DNA of 63,607 bases, filler included, from Olpidium bornovanus S191 (Eukaryota > Fungi > Olpidiomycota): the NCBI GenBank assembly GCA_017911155.1. It is 33 parts of 33 records of this genome, joined end to end, with 100 filler letters (N's around TTAATTAATTAA, not from the genome) between each part and the next. Parts side by side here need not be neighbours in the genome. Positions count along the whole stretch, not along the records: positions 55,260 to 58,932 come from JAEFCI010013151.1; positions 59,033 to 60,539 come from JAEFCI010002417.1; positions 60,640 to 61,732 come from JAEFCI010012971.1; positions 61,833 to 63,607 come from JAEFCI010008033.1; 29 more parts are not named here. One strand, given 5' to 3'. Both the position numbers and the translations under genes were made by a program. Shown piece by piece: positions 58,905 through 63,607 of this stretch. Each line of letters starts with the position of its first letter. The stretch's first letter is position 1. Below the pieces are notes generated by a model, which was not told the DNA's origin, made no database searches, and worked only from the letters and a program-made list of their open reading frames with translations.

Positions 58905-59814
58905 CAGTCACATCTCATCTTTCGTTGTTTCGNNNNNNNNNNNNNNNNNNNNNNNNNNNNNNNNNNNNNNNNNNNNTTAATTAATTAANNNNNNNNNNNN
59001 NNNNNNNNNNNNNNNNNNNNNNNNNNNNNNNNCATGCCCGCGTCTGCGGCCGGTCCTTGTCTCATTCTTCTTTTTCGGCCGCCGCTGCAGTGCCGCGGCA
59101 GCCTTCGCCCGGGCCCCTCTCGCCGGCCTGCTCTGTGCAATACTTTCTTCCCCAGCTTCCTCTTCACAATCCCTGCCCATAAACTGCTCGCTTTCACGGC
59201 GGCCTTTGGGCCCCGCGCAACGTTGCTTCTTCTGCGAAGAAGGCCCCGCCGCAGAGGTAGTCCACTTAGCGACCTTCGAAGCCCCCTTTGAAACGGCAGG
59301 CGCGTTTGAGGTGGCGCCAGAGGCAGGCGCGCTCGAGGCGGCGCCAGTGGCTGCCAACGCTCACGGCCTCTTCCCAGCGGTTGGCGCAGCCGTGGCTCCC
59401 CTCTCCATCATCGCATTCCGAGGGGTGGCGCACGCGCTACACGACGTGAGGTCAGCCGAAGAAGCCGCCCGGGGGCCTCATCCTCTGCCCTCCAAAGCAT
59501 TCCTGGTGCTAAGGTGTCAGTCCTTGCCGCCAAGGTTCCTCCCATGGCCGTAGCTTTGCTCGCGCTGTCCGGGTTGAATTACGTTACTGTCCTGTTTAGC
59601 TTTGGTAATCTTGCTTAGCTTTCCCCGCCACTCTTAGTTTTCCCCGCCGCTCACCGCCGCCCTAATCCAGTTGTTAGCCACAGTCTTGTGTGAATAAAAA
59701 AGACAAAGGCCCCCTGCGCGGCACACCACATCTGGTAGCAATGCCTAGCCTCCTGTTCAGCAACAGCACGTCCGGGGTCTGCAACTCGAGGGACTGCCCG
59801 CCGCCACGTGAGAC

Positions 59815-60185
59815 GCCGCCGCGGGAGAGAAGGGTTGGTCAGCCGAGACGTTGAGCCCAGGAGTGAGGTTGATCCGGTGGAGCCATGCGGGGAGGGGGAA
59901 ATATCCTTTCTGCCCGCCACCATCGCGGGAGAGAAGAGGGAGCTTCGAAGGAGGAGGAGCACACCGCGGAAGAGAGAAAACGAAAGGCTCTTTCTCCGCG
60001 CCGCCGCCGCAGGAAATAGAAGCTCATTCTCCCCGCCGCATTCTGCCCGCTGCCATCGCGGGAGGGAAGAGTTGCTCCGTTCCTGCGCCGCGTGAGGAGC
60101 TCGCCGCCTCGTGAGGAGCTCGCCGCCGCGTTCTGCTCGCCGCCTCGTAAGGAGCTCGCCGTCGCTTTCACCCGCGGGAGGGAAG
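59815..60185. repeat. Dispersed short direct repeats (probable TE leader or LTR region)
   Basis: CGCGGGAG(A/G)GAAG occurs four times; (G/A)AGGAGCTCGCCG occurs three times at 60095-60160. Confidence 0.7.
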
Positions 60186-60639
60186 CGTTCGTTCCGCTGC
60201 TGTCGGCGCCCAAAATGGCCTTTGGCGGGCATCGACCCCAACTTCGATTACTCTAGCTTCGAACCCCGTTCCCCTCGATTTCCCCCCAGCTTCGCTCCTT
60301 TTGCATCGTTTCGCCCCTTTGCACCTTTTTGCTCGTCCTGCATTATTTTGCTCGCTTGCGCCCGTCTTTTACTTTTGCCTATCGGGGTCACGTGCGGCGA
60401 CGCCGTCCACTTGTTTCGAATTGTTTTGGTTTCGCCATCCCTTTTTTTTCTTCTCCCACGCAAAACCTCGAAGTCGAACGCAACGCACGCAAAAACAAAA
60501 ACAACACCGATCCACCCGCTTTCAAAAAAAAAAAAAAACNNNNNNNNNNNNNNNNNNNNNNNNNNNNNNNNNNNNNNNNNNNNTTAATTAATTAANNNNN
60601 NNNNNNNNNNNNNNNNNNNNNNNNNNNNNNNNNNNNNNN

Positions 60640-61732
60640 GTCGACGTGGCCGACGTTGACGTCGGTCCCGCGCAGGATTCTAGTCCTGCTCAGGGCGGTC
60701 GATCCCTGGAAGGCGTATTGCTGGGCGAGGCGGAAAATTGTGCCGACCTGGTCGTACATGTTGTAGATCTTTTCCTCCAGGGTGCGCTCAATTTCCTTCT
60801 CGATGCGACTCGTCATGAACGGCTGGAGGAGCTTGTATAGCAAACTATAAGGGCCAGCAATTTTTTTTGAAGGAAAGGAATAACCGCGATTGGTCTTTGA
60901 GCCGCAAGCAAAAAAAAAAAAAAAAAAAAGTAATAGAATATAAGTCGTTTTACGAGCGGCGGAGAAATCGACTACCCGTACCTATGGTTGGCGTGGCGGA
61001 ACCGGAGCTGAAGACCGTGCAGTTTTACGTCGACATTTCTCACGTGGAACATCCTTCCGTCCACGCCGGCCGGGGACGGTCCGAAGGCGCGCGACGCCCT
61101 GCCGGTCGACGTCGACCTCCTTTTCCGCTGCTTGGAGCTCTTCCTTCTGCGGCTCCCCGTCGACAGCGCGGACCAGCGCCTCTCAGGGTCCGACTTCCGC
61201 GAAAGCGCCGACATCGCGGACCAGCGCTTCTCGAGGGCGGAGGCATCGCCCCCCTTGTGCGCGGCCGGGTGGTCCGCGTCGTCCATCGACCTGCCGCAGG
61301 TGACGCAGCGCTCTTCGGTTAAGGAGTGGAGGATGCGGCCGACGTCCGTGTTCAGGACAAGGTCGACTTCGAAGCTGAGACCGTCGCCCGCGAGCGCGAT
61401 GTCCATCAGGCCCCTGTCTTGCAGGCGCGGGAACTGGCGCAGTTCGTACTGAAACATCAGGTTCCTGATGTCGACGTTGTAGCCTTTCCCTGACAACCTC
61501 ACCCCGGCGAACACCTCCGAATCGGGCGTCCCGCCGAGCGTGACGTCGGTGAGGCTGGCGATCCGCAGCTCGCTCGGCACCGCGTTCAGCCCGTGGAAGG
61601 CGATGTCTTCCACAACGAAGTAGATGTTCTCGTCCTGATGCTCAACCCTCTCGATCCGGAAGCCGCTCAGCGCGGCTCCCAAGGTCGGACGCAGTTTTTG
61701 AAACAGAGCGACGTACAGGTCCGGCTTCATGA
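60640..61732 (-). CDS. HAM1-like (DUF5923/DUF4449, TULIP-like) fungal protein fragment
   Basis: FRIERVEHQDENIYFVVEDI...VDIRNLMFQYELRQFPRLQDRGLMDIALAGDGL...FHVRNVDVKLHGL...H|LYKLLQPFMTSRIEKEIE matches the recalled family pattern. Confidence 0.65.
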
Positions 61733-61905
61733 NNNNNNNNNNNNNNNNNNNNNNNNNNNNNNNNNNNNNNNNNNNNTTAATTAATTAANNNNNNNNNNNN
61801 NNNNNNNNNNNNNNNNNNNNNNNNNNNNNNNNCATGGTACTCCTCGCAAGGTGTGCCTCATTTCGTCGTCAACTTTCAGCTAGATTGGCGCTGAGATTTA
61901 CCTCC

Positions 61906-62057
61906 TAAATCGCACGTTTTGCAAATCTGCAAATCTTTGTGAAACCCCTAAATCTTGAATCCCGTGATGTTTGCAATCTGTAAATTCGGTGAATCCTGTA
62001 AATCCGCGTAAATTCTGTGAATCCAACAAATCTGCAAACCCTGCAAATGTGCAATTA
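61906..62057. repeat. Degenerate ~9-bp periodic AAATC/AATCC repeat
   Basis: About 16 copies spaced 8-10 bp apart. Confidence 0.8.
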
Positions 62058-62103
62058 CCGGGTCCGGGCCCCACTCAGATATGGAAGGGGTTTTGGACGG
62101 GAA

Positions 62104-62388
62104 GGAAGATTTGAAAGGCCGATCCCAAGAGCAGATTCCGAAGGCAGATTCGGAAGGCAAATTTGGAAGGCATATTCCGACGGCAGATGTCGGAGGCAAA
62201 TTTCGAAGGCATATTCCGACGGCAGATGTCGGAAGCAAATTCGGAAGGCATATACCGGCGACAGATGTCGGCGGCAAATTTCGAAGGCGAATTTCGAAGG
62301 CGGACCTCAATAACCGATTACAAAGGCCGATTCCAAAAGCCTATTCCAAGGCCAATTCCGGAAGCTGATATTAAAGGCAGATTCAGAG
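62104..62388. repeat. Satellite of 22 x 13-bp units with a 39-bp higher-order repeat
   Basis: The units GGCAAATTTCGAA / GGCATATTCCGAC / GGCAGATGTCGGA form a 39-mer repeated three times (62156-62272), with degenerate 13-mers on both sides. Confidence 0.93.
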
Positions 62389-63607
62389 AGCAGCCAGAAT
62401 CTTTGACAAAAGCAGGAACACAAGCTTGATCCTTACATCGAAGCCTGTAGAGGACAGGTCAGAACTGGATCTTAAAAAGGACAGATATGCCCTGGCTGAG
62501 GTCGTTGGTTGCAGAGTTGAAGCATCAGCTCGGGGGTGACCAGCGGCAGCGGCCAGGCAGTGCCGGTTTGAGTTGCGGGACAGCACGTGCGACGACCATT
62601 TCATTCACCCAATTCCGTCGGAGGAGGAACGGTGCTTGTTCGTCTCAGCCAAGTTCTCCCATCCAGCCGGTCAGAGCCTAAAGAAGCGCGTACAGTATGT
62701 GAGTGGTTGGGAAGTGCGCGTCCCAAAACACCGTTTGGCGTGGTTGTTGCGAGGCGTGAAAAAAAAAAAAAAAATAAAAAACAAAAACAAAACAACAATA
62801 GCGAGCGCATACACGCACCGGGGTAAGAGATTTCTTGGACAGCTAGGTGTGAACAACCCGCAAAGCAGAAAGCAGTCACGTGACCGTAGCTGGAAGCGAC
62901 AGCAAAGTGTCGACGCACACCCCCAGGGAGCCCCGATTCGCGCCGCGTCCGAGGCGCGGCGAGCAACAACGACAGCGCACGTTTAACTTCGCTTTAAGCG
63001 CCGTGCTGTTTCGCAGTGATGGTCGTCGGCGAGATCAGTGTGCCTTCCGCCGCAATCGGCCACGGGGCCGGCTTCAGGAGACAGCAGGTGCAGGAGCATC
63101 GGCTGCACCGGGAGGGCACGCTGCACCCGTCGGTCGCCGAGTCGAAAGGGCACCCGTGTCTGCAGACTGGTCACCACCTCGGTCCAAAACTGCAGCAGCA
63201 GAGGTTGCGGCTAACGCGGTCGCTGAGGTCGAGGCCGCAGGAGTTGGAACCAAAACCGTCACCGGGGGTTGACGAACGTTCCCCAGATCAGGGCCAGGCT
63301 GAGCTGCTGTGTTCTAAGGTCGGGAGGGGACGATTGGTCTTCACTGTCTTTTGCACTGAGCTGTTTGGCAGGGTTTTGCAGTGGCCTGTCCAAGCTCAAT
63401 CGGCACCTGATTTTCTCGGCCGTCCACTCACGCACCGGATTCCACGGCAGCTGTGTTCTCTTCATTGTGCAAATGGCGACACCGACGAGGTTATTGCCCA
63501 GAAAAACGGTAGGTGCAAACGTGCTCAAGACATTTCCTGATTGGCTGCCACCTGACGCACAACTGGATACGCACGTCGGGCTCCATCAGAAATTCAGAAA
63601 CTCATGA

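Noticed and set aside
62104-62388. CRISPR array or coding repeat protein
   Set aside because: No unique spacers; a 13-bp monomer is not a codon multiple; no splice or start context.

Overview
This window is not one locus. It is 33 unrelated eukaryotic contigs; the 31 complete ones are 1.0-4.4 kb. They are joined by 32 identical 100-bp artificial spacers (44 N + TTAATTAATTAA + 44 N), so gene order across a spacer carries no biological meaning. The DNA is GC-rich (roughly 60% by eye) and intron-dense (GT-AG introns, micro-exons). It contains fungal-type genes (Slt2/Mpk1 MAPK, HAM1-like, Pns1/CTL, Osh/Kes1, Oct1) together with a motile-flagellum gene (CFAP61). That combination points to a zoosporic, early-diverging fungus (inference; Olpidium-like is one candidate, unverified). 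Recognisable gene fragments: CFAP61, class I PDE, SRA/YDG protein, a Ser/Thr kinase, SART1/Snu66, Slt2 MAPK, STK32/YANK kinase, NEDD8/Rub1, BTB protein, secreted M12B metalloprotease, Oct1, F-box/ankyrin protein, CTL transporter, OSBP, GAF protein, TBCE, Ubp6 and HAM1-like, plus one tRNA-Val(AAC). There are also many decayed Ty1/copia and Ty3/gypsy pieces. The best novelty candidate is a complete two-exon 81-aa prepropeptide gene (52868-53315, minus strand) that the ORF track splits across frames. It has a signal peptide, an X-Pro dipeptide spacer like prepromelittin, and a net +9 six-cysteine C-x4-CC-x7-CC-x8-C mature peptide that starts with Gln and ends in G-R-R. Other leads are an SRA methyl-cytosine reader with duplicated HMGN-like RRSxRL motifs, a 117-bp 82%-AT block inserted precisely into a copia gag, two structured non-coding arrays, and strong CATG enrichment at contig ends (22 of 64 termini). 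All family calls are by motif recognition; no database search was run.
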